Part shown: positions 38,219-52,570 of the stretch, in pieces | How positions within the stretch are numbered: the stretch's first letter is position 1 | Layout of the letters: each line of letters opens with the position of its first letter | Assembly (NCBI RefSeq): GCF_006345805.1 | Contig: NC_042998.1 | Span: 119,908,001-119,972,000 of the forward strand | DNA: 64,000 bases | DNA from: Octopus sinensis | Taxonomy: Eukaryota | Direction: 5' to 3' | Program-made: the position numbers and the translations under genes | The notes under the pieces: model-generated | Seen by the model: only the letters and a program-made list of their open reading frames with translations | Databases searched by the model: none | Told to the model about the DNA's origin: nothing

Positions 38219-41200
38219 GGTCACTTTATACAAAGTATATTTTTTCTAAAGATGGAAAGGTGTTGTTTATTGAAAATTTTGCTGTCATATCTGTAGATTA
38301 AGCAAACATGGAAAATCCTTGGTGGTTAGTGACACAGACATACACACTGATTTCTTACATAGAGATAAACCTTTACAGAAAAGACTAAATAAGACTGAGT
38401 GATGCTCATGTGTTTCCAAAATTTGTCTTTCACAAAAATTCAAAAAGTAAAAACCTTGAGAAAATCATAAATACAATCTCATTTGCACTTCCGAGAAAGC
38501 TTAATGCCTATGTAACAAATAAGGTGTGTTAGTTTTCTCAGATGTATACCTAACACATGTACATGACGATAACAACAATATTAATCAATAGCAATAATTA
38601 CAAAACAAAAGTAAACACAAACCACAAGTGAGATGTCATCTATATTGAACTACTGGAAAATAACTCTGTGTTAATAGTCAGAGGTACATAACATCCTAAC
38701 ACAGGTCTTTTGAACAAACAAAGTTAGACAACATTCAAGAAATAGCAATCAAATTTCTTTCAACTTGTACCCCACCATCTTAGAAAAAGATAAATAGGAT
38801 AATGTGGTCTTGGATTCCGTGCAGTTGAAATACTTTTGGTCACAGGCTGGCTTGATCAGAGCTAACATGGGACTACAGAACACCAACCCCTACTGTTTGA
38901 CTAGTGTTCCATGCATATCCTAGTGTACCTAAAACTACATTATTCAATGTGTCCAGATTGTCATTTGGAGCATTGTAGCTAGTTAATTGAGTGACCAGGT
39001 AAAACTCAACTAAAACAGCATCATAGACTCATCATGCCTTTCCTATGAAAATCCTAAATATTTTAGAAAAGCTAATTCCCAAAATTACCAATCTACAGTC
39101 TCTAATGGCACAGATTCTGACCAGATATTCACAAACCTTACAGAAAATTACACAACCTCCACATCATATTAGCTGCCATACATATTAGTAAAGTTTTTGA
39201 TTTCATCCTCCTGCAATCCACTTCTAAACAAAACATTGAAGAAATGCTATCAAAAAGCAGCTACTGAACTGTCAAGTTGTTCAGCTGATGTGGACTACAA
39301 TAATAATGCATCTGGTACCTGAAATATCCTCAGTATTGTACCACAATGACCCAACCTCTCTGCAGATCTTTAATTTATATAGCTACTCAACCTGACTACA
39401 CCTCCATAAAACATAGTGTTGCATTCAGATAACATCACAGTCACATTCTCCCACCACCCTTCATAAATAACTATACAACTACATCAACCACTGAGAAACC
39501 TGGCTCTAAACAGATAAACTAAAAGTAGCACTTACAAGAGCCACCATCCACCAGCAGCACTAAACAACAAATACAGTCAGCCTTCACATTTAACAACATA
39601 AACACACACACACTGAAGCTGAAAATAACAAGGAATACTTACAATCATAGCACATATAGAAGATACAGAGAAAAAGAAAAACATACACAATACAAAAAAT
39701 GTAATAGATCTATTATACATTGTACCAATCCTGTCTAGGTTTTTGGTCTTCCCACAACAAACCACAAAGAACTCAAAACTACACATCTTTACATACAGGT
39801 TGTGGTTATAAACCATCTACACAGCAAAACAAATTACTCACAGTGAACAAGTATTTGTATATATGAGGTACAGTTTTGTTGCTGTACCAATATCCAATCC
39901 TCTCAGTTCCTATGAACCACTCTAGCATATCTAAGATATGTCCAATACTCCATTACAATCCAGGACAAGCCTCATCCACTTGGTCCAAATAAACAAAATG
40001 CATTCACCCAAGAAAAAACATTTATGTTGGTTGGATAAATCTTTGGCCTTTTATATAAAACACAAAAACAGTAAGAGTAAGCCAGCAAAGAAGTGTCTGT
40101 GCGGTCAATGACCAGCTATAAATAGCAGTGAAATCTTCCTCAAACCACAGCCTACTATCTTAAAAGAACATACTGAATAATGTAATCATAGATATACTTT
40201 GTAAAAAAAAAAAGAAATAAAAAGGAAAAGATAGGTATGGCTGGAATGTCTTTTGATCCGAGGTGATCTTAAGCTAAACAACAACAATCGCATTTACTCC
40301 AAATACTGCCAGGATGCATATAATGGTAAGTGAAGATCAACTGTTACACACACTAACTATCTCCACTCTGATCACTACCAGAATCTTGAGGCATATATGA
40401 ACTAACAAAGAGTTACTATATGGTTACTCAGCCTGCTAACAGCAGAGAGATCTATTTCCTACCTACAAAAAGAAAGGATACATTATACAAATATAAATAA
40501 GTGACAGAGACAGTATTAATATCAATAGGTAACATTTATGCCCACTTAAATGTGGATGCTCTAACATTCACATTTAAGTGGGCATAAACATTATACAAAA
40601 TAATGACATGATCATGTGTCTACTTGACCAACGGTGGCCTGGAGCTAAACAACAATCAGGCATGGAGAGCAGAAAAAAGACAATACACCTGGAATGCCAC
40701 ATTGTACACCATACAATAAACCACATGCTGTTTTGCCGTAGGTAAGGCCTGGTTAATGCAAAGGTCTTTAACTAAGTAAAAGAAATAACAATGTATCTGG
40801 AACAATAACTCTACAAGTTATAACTAACTGGTTGTTTGATAGAAGCACCAGACATATCTCACTCTTAAAAATAATGAAAAGCAAGAAGACATTGGATAAT
40901 GGTAGTTCATATATGATAAAAAAAAAAGGCAAGATGGTCATATCTGAAATAATTCCATGTATAACTTTTTACATATGTGCTCCATCTAGACTTTCCTGGG
41001 GCTACACAACAATAACAACTATCTTTAGTGCTATAGTCTACTTGATGAGAGCTGATCTTTGGAGATAAAAATGAAATGTTTTCCGAGTAAGGAGTCTGTC
41101 TGAAACATTATATTTCATCACTCCACTGTGGCATACAAACTTATATTCCATTTCCTGATTTCTGTTGATGTAGGTAACTGTTACCACTAGTTTTCTTGGA

Positions 41201-43454
41201 CTCTGGTTTTTATAAATAACCACAGCCAAGAATAGTAAAAGCTCGTCACCAACCTACAACACTTATTCCAATAAACATTGATTCTAGAATTATCTGGAAA
41301 TCTGATGTAATTTAAAAGGATGAAAAAAAAAGAAGAAAAGTAACTAAAATGATATCAAATGATATCTCGTGTAACATCAAATATGCCAGACAGATTTTTC
41401 ATGTTTCAGGTATGGAAAAAAAAAAGTTAAAAAAATTATTAACCAAAGCAACAACATCAACAAAAACAAAACCTATTTTATTTACTTTGGATGTGTGAGG
41501 TTATTAAGTACAAGCTATAGGCTGACTTCCATTACCTGAATAGGGGTGGAGGTGGGAGGCAGAGGAAGAAGCTGAGCAAAGAAGAAAAGTTTATTTTTGG
41601 CAATTGATATGAAGAGATGGGAAGGGTTTGTAGAATTTAGTGCCAGGCTCACCAGCACCCCAACCTCAAACACAAACACTGTTGCAGACAAAACAGTGAA
41701 GTGTACTGCGTGTCAGTCTGTTTCTTAAAAACTTACATTCTCCAGTTTGTTTGTATATTGGCTCCTCTGTCAGAGACATCAAATTAATTAGTCAAAGTTA
41801 TATTTTGTACCCCAATTATTAGCTTTATTTAATTTTATTCTATTTATTTACTGTTTCCCTCACAACAAGCAATGTTTATTTGTGAGACTTTGACATGGAT
41901 GGGACAAAAATGTGCCCTTTCTTTCAGATCATCTCACCATTAAATGAACTGATGGAGCCTGTACATTCAACCCCCAAATCCAAATCTCACTCAATCATAT
42001 TTATATTAAAAAAACAGGAAAGCTACAATGGACAAGTCATCAAGATACTATAAAAACAAGACTGATGGGATGATTTGTAAGACTGGGGCTGATGTGGGTG
42101 CTAAAACAACAGTGATTATTAACAAGGAGGTGAAATCAATGTTAAAAAGGTGGTTAGAGGATCAATGACACTGAAGGTGGGGTAGCTGATAGGGAAATAA
42201 AAGAGCCATTAATGAGTAGGAGGATAGGTATCAAAAACTATGAAGTAGAATCTAAATGTAGGAATTCATTTTCCAACATCAATAATAATCAAAGGCATAA
42301 CTGTTTCATATTTTTAAGGATATCTAAAACTAGCATTGTTTCCTTCCAGCTTGTTGTTAAGGTGTAATTTGAGGGAGATTTGGCTACTTTTTGTAGTAGG
42401 TCAAGCAACCCTATAAAGAGTAGATTGCTGGTTCACCAAAGGAAGTGTTTATTTGTTGGATCATACTTTAAAATATTTTTAAATTCATGAAATGTAATAC
42501 TTTTACATGCATAATTACATACACACACACACAAAAAAAAGGTAAGTCTGGAGAGATGAGTTGCCAGAGTGATTTAGTTGCTACTTTTATATTGAGTGAT
42601 TGCAGAGACACTACCTCACAGAATATCCTGCTTTAGATGTGTGATACATTTGAATAGTGAGTCATTATCATTTTCATTTTTAAATTCACTTTCCCATGCT
42701 GACACAGGAGCGGGTAGGTCATTTTCAACATAACATTTCTCTATTGGTGATGAAAACTCCCATCCATTGGGTCTAGTTTGCAGATAGGAAAATGACCTGT
42801 AGATATAAAAATTTAGCTGCAAATATTCAATAAGCAGTCTTGGACAAAATCATGGTTTGCTCTTTGGCAAGGTACAGCATCCATTTTGCCACTTTGTCAT
42901 AGCACCCATTTGCCATTCTGTCATTTGCCACTGTCAGGTGAAATCCTGGAACCTTTAAAAGAGTGGGAATGCTACTATCATTGGAAAGCAGGATGGTAGT
43001 AAGGAATAAAATGCAAAGCAAAAAAAAAAAAATTGGTCTTTGGATTTCTTCCCATTTTGCAGAACAGATTATACTTTTATGAAACTTGGTCTGAGAAACC
43101 TGTCAGTTTGACTGGCACTACAATCATCTACAGAACCTGTGACTGCAGATGAGAAATTAGCAATTGAAAGACATCATGGTTCTTTATGTTCTTTGTGAAG
43201 ACAACCCTCCTGTGTGAAAAAGTATTGCATGCAAACAGGAGAAGCTGTGGTTAAGAAATGATGAGGTGAGATCCACAATAAATATGATGAATGCCAGTAA
43301 CAATAACTCATGTACCACCATGTAAAAACAGATTTTAAAGAATTGATTATGATGTATTTACATTAAACTTTGAAGGAATGCTGAGGTGCAACTAAAAACT
43401 CACAATTTGACTCTCCTTACAGTTTTGTCAGATATAGTATGGTTAATAGATAAT

Positions 43455-43800
43455 GGAGTTGCATGACTTAGTGCTTAGAGCATCAGGTTTACAACTATGA
43501 GGTAGTGAGTTCAATTCTCAGACTGGGCTGTGTGTTGTGTTCTTGAGCAACATACTTTATTTCACGTTGCTCCAGTTCACTCAACTGTAGAAATGAGTTG
43601 CAATATCACTGGTGCCAAGCTGTATTGGCCTTTGCCTTTCTCTTGGACATCATAGGTGGCATGAAGAAGGGAGGCTGGTATGCATGGGCAACTGCTGGTC
43701 TTCCATAAACAACCTTGCCTGGACTTGTGCCTTGGAGGGGAACTTTCTAGGTGCAATCTCATGGACATTCATGACTGAAGGAGGTCTTTACCCTTTATCC
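43455..43800 (+). mobile_element. tRNA-derived SINE (family A)
   Basis: A/B-box head (GAGTTCAATTCTC), conserved central domain, inverted homologue of 7565-7908. Confidence 0.75.
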
Positions 43801-44607
43801 AACAGATGATAATATCTCAGTGCAGATATGGAGCTGATAATAAATTACCAATAAAAATTACAAAACACACTACACAGTTTGTGAATAAATTGAATATATT
43901 TCACTATATTAAAATATAGCGATGAAACTATGAAATAGAGTTAGCACTGTATCAGATTTGCTATGTTGATACAGATTCACTAGGGCTACACCCATGCCAA
44001 ATATCAAGTAGAGAAACAACCTGCTCAATGCTGTTCTTAAAAAGTTACATTGTCATTAAAAAATTTTTAAATTAGAAAAAGAATACCTCTGATCATAGGT
44101 GTGCTTAATCAAGTCTAACCTAGGGCTAAACAATGACCACACTAACCAGTTGGACTACTTTTTCTTTTCTATTATTTTGTTCTTATAAAAAAAAAAAAAT
44201 GTAATGATGTTGTTAGCTGCGGGTCAGATTTGAATGAACTAACCTATAATCAAAGGTGTTAAGGCCATAACGATATCATCTTTATTTGATAAAATACTTT
44301 ACTGACTCAGTAAAAGTGAAAAGTAACAGCAACTGTGTTTCACATGTGTCTATCTGTCGATAGATAGTAGCTGTTTAGAATGTAGTAACCTTCCATTTAC
44401 ATGAGATTGCTGATGTGGTGGGGGTGGGGACAAAAGAACATTTTTTTAAAAATCAGGGTTAATTGTTACAAGAGTTAGGTTGAGGTATAGACAACTATAT
44501 ATCACCATTGTTTTAATGTCAACTTTTCCATGCTTGTATGGGTCAGACAGAATATATATTATACAAAGAGAGAAAGATAGAGAGATAGGAATGTGTGTGT
44601 GTGTGTG

Positions 44608-44643
<36 letters not shown>

Positions 44644-45349
44644 GAAAACGAGCTAGGTGATCAAGCAAACAAATGAGAGTTGAAGACAAGTAAAATGACA
44701 ATCAAGAGTTACTTTGCTATATCAAGTTTTAAATTGAACCCATAAGCATTTGAACTGGCCATATTTGGCCCAAATCTTCTGTTATATGTTCAAATTGGCC
44801 AGATCCAACCTATCACACCTACCCTACAACATCATTCCAAAAATAATCACATCACTGAAATCTTGAAGCTACTAGATAATGCAGGATTAATTCAAAAAAT
44901 TGTGAATTAAAAACCCATTAAATTTCATAAAGTAATCTAAATGTGTGTTCATGTATGTGTGTGTGTGCATATTATATCTTAAAATCCAGTGATGATAGAA
45001 AAAAAAAAAAACTATCACTGTCATACAAGCAGTGTCATTTCCAATCTTCCATGAAAACAGGTCTGATCATTTGGAAATATATTTTGCTGTGAAAAAAGTG
45101 AAGGTTAGTGACAGGAAGGACATCTTTCTGTAGAAAATTTGCCTTAATGAATTCCATCTGGCCTGTGCAAGCATGGAAATATTAGATGTGAAGATGATAT
45201 CTGTATCTAAATGGATACCTCTATCTATCTAGGAAAATTTTTGCAGACATACTAAAGATTTATGCTGCTGAGTAACTGAAATGGATATATAAAAGCATAA
45301 AAATGTCAATATTTTTTTTGTGTTTTAGTATACATCAGCGTCCATAGAT

Positions 45350-45775
45350 ATACATGTAGTTGTGGTTGTATGGTAAGAAGTTTGCTTCCCAACCACATGG
45401 TTCTGGGTTCAGTCCCACCATGTGGCACCTTCAGCAAGTGTCTTCTACTATAGCACTGGGCCAAGCAAAGCCCTGCGAATGGATTTGGTGGACAGAAACT
45501 GAAAGAAATCTGTTGTGTATACACACATACACACACACACACAGAAACACACTTATTGATGTGTGTCTCTTTGTGTCTGTGTCTGTCTCCCACAATGCTT
45601 GACAATCAGTGTTGGTGAGTTTACATCTCCATAACAGTTTGGTGAAAGAGCCCAATAAATTAAGCACCAGACTTTAAAAAAAATAAAAACTGGTTTTGTT
45701 TCATCTAATTAAAATTCTTTAAGGTGGTGCCCCAACACACCCACAATCTAATAGCTGAAAGAAGTAAAAGATATG
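45350..45775 (+). mobile_element. tRNA-derived SINE (family B), near full length
   Basis: Head GGTAAGAAGTTTGCTTCCCAACCACATGGTTCTGGGTTCAGTCCC, internal (CA)n, tail GAAAGAAGTAAAAGA. Related pieces lie near 21575-21725, 31530-31860, 56570-56725, 60655-60820 and 62840-63050. Confidence 0.75.
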
Positions 45776-45904
45776 TATATTTAACCCTTTAGCATCCAAA
45801 TTTCTTTGTCAAATGTATTGCTTATTTATTCACATTATTTTGAATTAATCATGCATTATCTCATAGTTCCAAGATTTCAATGGCATGTTTATATATTTTT
45901 AGAA

Positions 45905-46132
45905 TAACATTCTTTTCTTCTCTACTCCAGGCACAAGGCCTGAAATTTTGGGGGAGGAGGCCAGTTGATTAGACTGACCCAGTACACAACTGGTGCTTAA
46001 TTTATCGACCCCAAAAAGATGAAAGGCAGAGTCAACCTTGGTGGAATCTGAACTCAGAACGTAAAGACAGCCAAAATACTGCTAAGCATTTCACCCGGCG
46101 TGCTAACGTTTCTGCCAGCTCACCACCTTACA
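45905..46132 (-). mobile_element. tRNA-derived SINE (family C)
   Basis: Head GGTGGTGAGCTGGCAGAAACGTTAGC...GAGTTCAGATTCC. Related copies lie at ~49135-49345 (-) and 63858-64000 (+). Confidence 0.75.
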
Positions 46133-46243
46133 TTTTAGAACGACATTGTAGGGTAGGTGTGAGAGGTTAGATCTGATCAGTTTTAGCATAAAACAAGTAG
46201 AATATTTGGGCTGGATATATAGCCTGAATCACACACATATGGA

Positions 46244-46290
<47 letters not shown>

Positions 46291-46292
<2 letters not shown>

Positions 46293-46420
46293 AGCTGTAG
46301 AAACACTGCCAGATCTGACTGGCCTGGTGCAGCCTTCGGGCTCCCCAGACCCCAGTTGAACTGTCCAACCCATGCTAGCATGGAAAGCGGACGTTAAACG
46401 ATGATGATGATGATGATGAT
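46291..46420 (+). mobile_element. Short RTE-tail copy inserted in (TA)n
   Basis: Nearly identical to 13316-13445. Similar tails lie at ~2160-2470, 21925-22063, 47905-48035, 51325-51570, 57060-57215 and 59880-60115. Confidence 0.8.
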
Positions 46421-47869
46421 ATATATATCAGAGAGATAGAGTGTTAAAGACCAGGTTAGATTCAGTGACTTGATTGGTTTTATTATGTCAAACAAGTTTA
46501 ATTAATAACATTCTGCTGTTTCACTGCTTCATTAATAAGCAGCTGTGGTGATGATAATGATGGTAGTGGTGGTTGGTGGGTTAAGATGGAGGCAGCAGTG
46601 GAGGTACTGATGATTGGTAATAGATGATGGTGGTAGGGAGCATTTATAATGCTAATGGATGATGACTGCTGTGTAATTTAATTGAATATTACAAATAAAT
46701 TTGCTTTTATTTTCTTTATATCTTTTGAACCTAATCAATCTCAAAGTATATTTTAATGATATTGAAAAGGTCACATACACATACACATAGTGACCAAACT
46801 TAAATCAGATGAGTTCTCCGTAAAACAGCATTTTAATTTTCCTAAGAATGTGACAGCTAAATAGACAGATCTATTTTTACTGAATTATTCCTTGTAAAAA
46901 GAGTAAATGTGCAGGAATCTTATTTCTGGCTAGACTATAATAAATATAATTAATTAACCAAACATGAGGACTGATCTTTAATTCAATTTAACAGTTTCGT
47001 TACAAAAGTAGAGCAACTAACCAATTCATTTTTGTCAAGAGAAACCTCAAGCCATTCATGCACCATTTTTACCAGGAAATATAGATGGATGTCTCTTTGT
47101 AAAGAATTCATTTTCACATAACTAAAGCTGTATTACAAATGAGCGAAGAGAGCCTCTCCAAAATTGCTTTACATGTTAATAACAGCAACCAAATCTTCCT
47201 CAAACTATACATTACCATCTTAAAAAAAAAAAAAAGTAGGATAGTAATGGGTGAAATATTTTTTTTCTTGGATTAACTATTACTACTACTACTACCACCA
47301 CTACCACTATATGATATTCAAACAGTTCCATTGGGATCTTGAGCAAGTGTCTTCAGCTATAGCCCCAAACCAATCAGTGCCTTGTGAATAGAATTGTAGA
47401 CAGAAACTGTATGGATGCCCATCTTGTTGCTATTTGTGTGTGTGTGTGTATTTACATCCCACTCTTTTGCCTCTCACCGACTAAGCAAAATAAAATGCTT
47501 ACTTTTTCTTGTTGACATTATGACCTGATTGGTCACTGTACATTTTTTATTCCACTCTAACTCACTACTTCACAAGGGACTAATTTGAGAGATGGGGCCA
47601 GGAAATGAGTCTTAAATAAGCTCTAATGCTAATAGCAGTGCTCTAGCAGAACCATAGCCTTTTGCTGAAACCAATAGAATAAAACAGAATTAAATGAAAC
47701 AAAAAAAAAAATGATTATGTTCCAAAAATTGGAAACAAGAAACTTGGCGTAATGATTTGTGAAGTTTCAGCTTCCAACAAAATAATACAATGCTACTTCA
47801 ATATTTAATACTCTCTTAAGTGTGTATACTTCCACAAATTTATATACACATCTATATACATACATACAT

Positions 47870-47903
<34 letters not shown>

Positions 47904-48077
47904 ATTAAAAGCACCCACTACACTCATGGAGTAGTTGGCGTTAGGAGGAGCATCCAGCTGTTGAAACACTGCCAGATCAGACTGGAGCCTGCTGCAGCCT
48001 TGTGGCTTCCCAGACTGAAGTCAAACTGTCCAGCCTATGAACGAATGAGTGATACATAAAATGTTTGAAATACTTAC

Positions 48078-48105
48078 AATTCTAGAACATCTTCAAGCAC
48101 CATAT
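48078..48105 (-). CDS. LSM5: LSM5 exon 3 (28-nt micro-exon)
   Basis: ttccataaccacaattcag|AT...TT|gtaagta. Encodes (N)MVLEDVLE(F); phases 1 and 2 join the neighbouring exons. Confidence 0.95.
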
Positions 48106-51100
48106 CTGAATTGTGGTTATGGAAAAATATATCATTTTGCAGGAAACAGTATAAAATGAACAATTATTAATATCTTTATATTAGGAAGAAGTGTGTGTGG
48201 GAGGAAGGGTGTAAGGAACAATAATATAGATATAATACTATACCATCAAGATACATGTTTCAATTTAATAAAAAAAAAGTTGATTCTATAGGTTTCAGTT
48301 CATGTGGATGTCAAAGAATGCATATTAGATATTTGCCACAAGCTAACTCTCTATCCAGTAGAGTGGAAAATTCCTGTTTCTTTCATAACACTATAGGGAG
48401 CAGAGAGCTTTTATGCAGTTGCTCAGTCAGCCAGAAACAACAACCAAATCTTTTATTTGAAGAAAATTTAACTGTCATTTCTAGAGTGTCATGTGACACA
48501 TACAATCTCCAATATTGGCTCAGTAGTCATAGTGTTAAGATACTAATATTCATAACTGCTTACCTCAGTCAGACTGGCTGACAATGCTTACTTCATAGTT
48601 GAGTGATTAGCAGTACATATAGCACCAAACTGTAAAAACATGATTCAAGAATATGTAAATGATCATATTTGCCAGAATTAAACTACTCTGGGGACAAAGA
48701 GATTTGAACTTAGAAACATAAAGGGACAAAACCACAAGGTATTTAAGCCCACTGCTCTGTTCTAACAACAACAACAATGGTTTCTAATTTAGGTACAAGG
48801 CCAACAATTTTAAGAATTTGGGGAATGAAGTCAATGCCTGCACCTCAAATACTTAGCTGGTACTATATTTTTCTAACACTCTAATAATCCTGCCAGTTAC
48901 CTTAAATAATTGCTTTTAATTTAGGCAGGTCAGCAGTTTTGTGAGGAGGTTAGTCAATATCATTAAACTTAATATTTGACTGGTATTTATTTTGTTGACT
49001 TTGGCAGCATCTAAGTTTAGAACATAAAGAGCTGGAAAAAATGCCATAAAGTGTTTTCCTGATGCTCTAACAATTCTGCTAATTCACTACCCTTATCATT
49101 ATTATTGTTGTTTGTTAATAAGGATATCAACAATCCTTTCTACTGGAGGCACAGGGCCTCAAATTTGTGGGGTGGGAGGTAGTTGATTTTATTGATCCCA
49201 ATGTTTCATTGGTACTTAATCTATTGACCCTGAAAGGATGAAAGGCAAAGTCAACCTTGGAGGAATTCAGAACGTAGTGACGGGCGAAATACCACTAAGC
49301 ATTTCATTCAGTGCACTAACGATTCTGCCAGTTCACCGCCTTAAGAATATCAACAATAAGACCAGTAATTTTTGAAAGGAGAGGGGTTAATTGATTACAT
49401 AAACCCCAGTATTTGGCTGGGACTATATTTCAGCAATCCTGGAAGGATGAAAAGAAAAGCTGATCTCAACAGGATTTGAATTGAGTAAGTCACTTAACCC
49501 AATATTCTGCTAATTTTGTCACAACATGACTGCAATAAAACAACAATAATCGTGATGATAATTTCAGATATTAGCACAAAACTACAAATTTTAGAGGAGT
49601 TGTATTTTTTCACCCTTCCCCCACCAGCATGTAGCTGACATCATATTTTACCAAACCATAGACAGATGAAAAATAAAGTTGACATCGATAAGATTTGAAC
49701 TTAGAGCATAAAATAACAAGATGACTTGTAAATAGAAATCTCTAACAACAACAATATTGGTACATTTGGTTAGAACACAGAATAAAGTATTGATCAATGA
49801 ATACACTGAGAAAATAATGGCAAAACCAAGTTCCAAAAACACTAAAAGATTTTTTTCCTGCTGCAGTACACATTCTTCTCCTGAGACCTGTCCACATGAT
49901 AATCCTGTTAAAAAGAACACTTTGCATAGCTTTTTATATATTTTATTCATATTTTTCTGTTGATATTCTGTTATTTTTTTACTTATATATTTATATCATA
50001 TATGCATTTTAGATTCTTCTTATAACTTCTTTCATTCTACTTCTTTTAAAAAGTCACATGGCAAGTAATGTAATGCAACAACAACAACAATAATAATAAT
50101 AATAATAATTCACTCACTAAAGTAGTCTAAATATTTTTGAATTTATTGAGCATTTTTAAGGTTACAGATTATTTTCATGATTTTTTGTTTTTTGAAGGAG
50201 AGGACGGGTTGCTTGTTTTGTTTCATTTGCTATAAGAATATTCTCCACAAGTTTTGTGGAAGGAAAGTACTTTTACTAATATACTAAACAGTTTAACTGG
50301 TTAAGACTAGGTTTGACAGCAGCAAATAACATTACTAAGGATGACATTCATAGATGACTCTTCACTACCACTGCTACTACTATTACCACTACCATAAACA
50401 TTCACACATTACGAACATGAAGCCATCAATACATATTGGACTATTGAGACTGAAGAATGTAGTCAGTTGAAGAAATATATGATCTTAGGCTGGAACAAAT
50501 AGGAATCCACAAATCAATCAACAATAAAATGGATGAACCAATGAGGAAGCCCCTATGTAGTCACTTGACATGCTAGAAACAGCAATGAAATCTCCTTCAA
50601 AACACACCCCACTGCTTTAAAACAAAGCACATTTGACAATGTACTCCTAGATATGTTATGCTTGAGTAGAAATGGGGTTATTACAACTGGAATGGGTTTG
50701 ATTATACATCTGCACAGAGTTAACCTGTAACTAAACAACCTCAAATGCACTGGATACAAATCAATAAGAGAGTTTCTGCCTGAAGATTTGTCCTGCCAGA
50801 AATATCAGCCAAATCTTCCATAAACCTTCTTTTAAGAAAAGAAGGGCACATACTGTCAAACTATTATCAATGAGAGAGAGGAAAATAATCCTAAGGGCAT
50901 ACATAGAACCAATCCTTACATATGATGGTATCACCATAAAGCTTATGTTGCAGAGACAGGTTCCTTAGAAAAATGCTGAAGGTGTCCTATACAGATAAAA
51001 TGACAAATATTGAGGTCCTTCAATGAGCTATGACCACCAGGAAGCTTTTTAAGAATAAAAGGCAAAGAAAAAACCTTGAACATTTGGTGACAAAAGAAAG

Positions 51101-52474
51101 AAGCCTGAAAAGATGGAGAGAAAAGAAACGTGATGGCCTTACCAGCTGGATTTAGAAAGACCTACTACATTGTGGGTGGAAGAAAAGTGCATGGAGGTCC
51201 ATGATTGCAAATGTATCTAGGCACAACACATGAAAAAAGAGAGGACATCTTACATACACAGCAGGAAGGTATGATTGAGATCTGCAGGAGTAGTGAACTG
51301 AGTCAAAACAATAAATGAGAACATCATCATCATCATTTAGCGTCCGCTTTCCATGCTAGCATGGGTTGGACAGTTCAACTGGGGTCTGTGAAGCCAGAAG
51401 GCTGCATCAGGCCCAGTCTGATCTGGCAGTGTTTCTACGGCTGGATGCCCTTCCTAACGCCAACCACTCCATGAGTGTAGTGGGTGCTTTTTACGTGCCA
51501 CCTGCACAGGTGCCAGACGGAGCTGGCAAACGGCCACGGACGGATGGTGCTTTTTACGTGCCACCGGCACTAACAAAATATTTTGACCCTCAGGTATCGG
51601 AGAACTTGAAGCATGTATCAGTTTTATTAGATCTAAGCATAGCATAGATTTCATCATACTTGTAGTGATGAGATAGTCTATGAAATAAATGTACATAATT
51701 TTAGGTTTTCTATATAGTTAACATGAAAATAATACATAGATACAAGCATCGTTGTATACATAAATTCTACATACTTCTAGATTTGAACCCACTGCACTGT
51801 ACCTTGAGCAAGTGTATCTACTAGAGCTACAAGCTGATCAGTGTCATGGGTGGAACTTAGTCAACAGACACTATACAGAAGCCTATGATCATTATCACTT
51901 TTACATTTTTCCCATGCTGGCAAGAGTTACATAAAACTTATTAAGTCAAAATTTTTCTACAGTTGGACGCTTTTTCTGTTGTGAACCCTCACTTGTTTTG
52001 CGAGTTGGATGGATTTCATTCCATGAGTCTGCACATGTCTACTGAACTATAAGATACTTGTTTATTGAAGGACCGAACCAAAGTCTGTTTTGCGTTTAGA
52101 TGATAACATCAAGGACCTATGTAACTGGCATTCACACACACACAAACACACACAATGGATTTCCATACAGTTTCATTCAACCAAATCTGAAACCACATGA
52201 CTGCAAAGCAAACTTTGCTACCACATGGCCATGCTAATGTGTGTGTGTGTGTTTATTTTGTGTTTCTTTGCATTATGTAACTTAGCAGTTTGACACTGGT
52301 TAAAATAATTATTGGCCAAATATGAAGGCATGAAACTAGTAAAATAATAAAAGAATACACAAAAAAATAGTTTCTAGAACATTCTTCTTTACTCTGTATT
52401 AGCCATCACAACCAAGACCATGCTGGAGTACTGCCTGTAACTGCACAACAACCATTACATCAACTAAAGGATAC
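48106..52474 (-). other. LSM5: U12-type (minor spliceosome) GT-AG intron, LSM5 intron 2
   Basis: 5' splice site GTATCCTTT (52474-52466) is the U12 consensus. Branch-like TTCCATAAC (48124-48116) lies 10 nt before the exon, and there is no polypyrimidine tract between it and the AG. Confidence 0.88.
50870..51290 (+). mobile_element. Degenerate 3' fragment of a different RTE-like LINE
   Basis: Fragmentary translation ILRAYIEPILTY...FLRKMLKVSYTDKMTNIEVL...LEHLVT, typical of the RTE C-terminus. Confidence 0.5.
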
Positions 52475-52570
52475 TGACAAAGTCATCAAATCCCTGCAAG
52501 GAACCAACAATTTCCTTGTCATTTTTCATGATGATATGAATGCGAGATCCAATACATTTGTCTACCAGTT
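52475..52570 (-). CDS. LSM5: LSM5 (U6 snRNA-associated Sm-like protein) exon 2
   Basis: tctcttctctgtttctatag|AA...A|gtatcctttag, 96 nt. Encodes (E)[31 protein letters not shown](N), near-identical to the LSm5 Sm1 motif. Confidence 0.97.

Noticed and set aside
39000-39560. Possible decayed LINE RT remnant (SKVFD-like)
   Set aside because: Too degraded to assign from a single motif.
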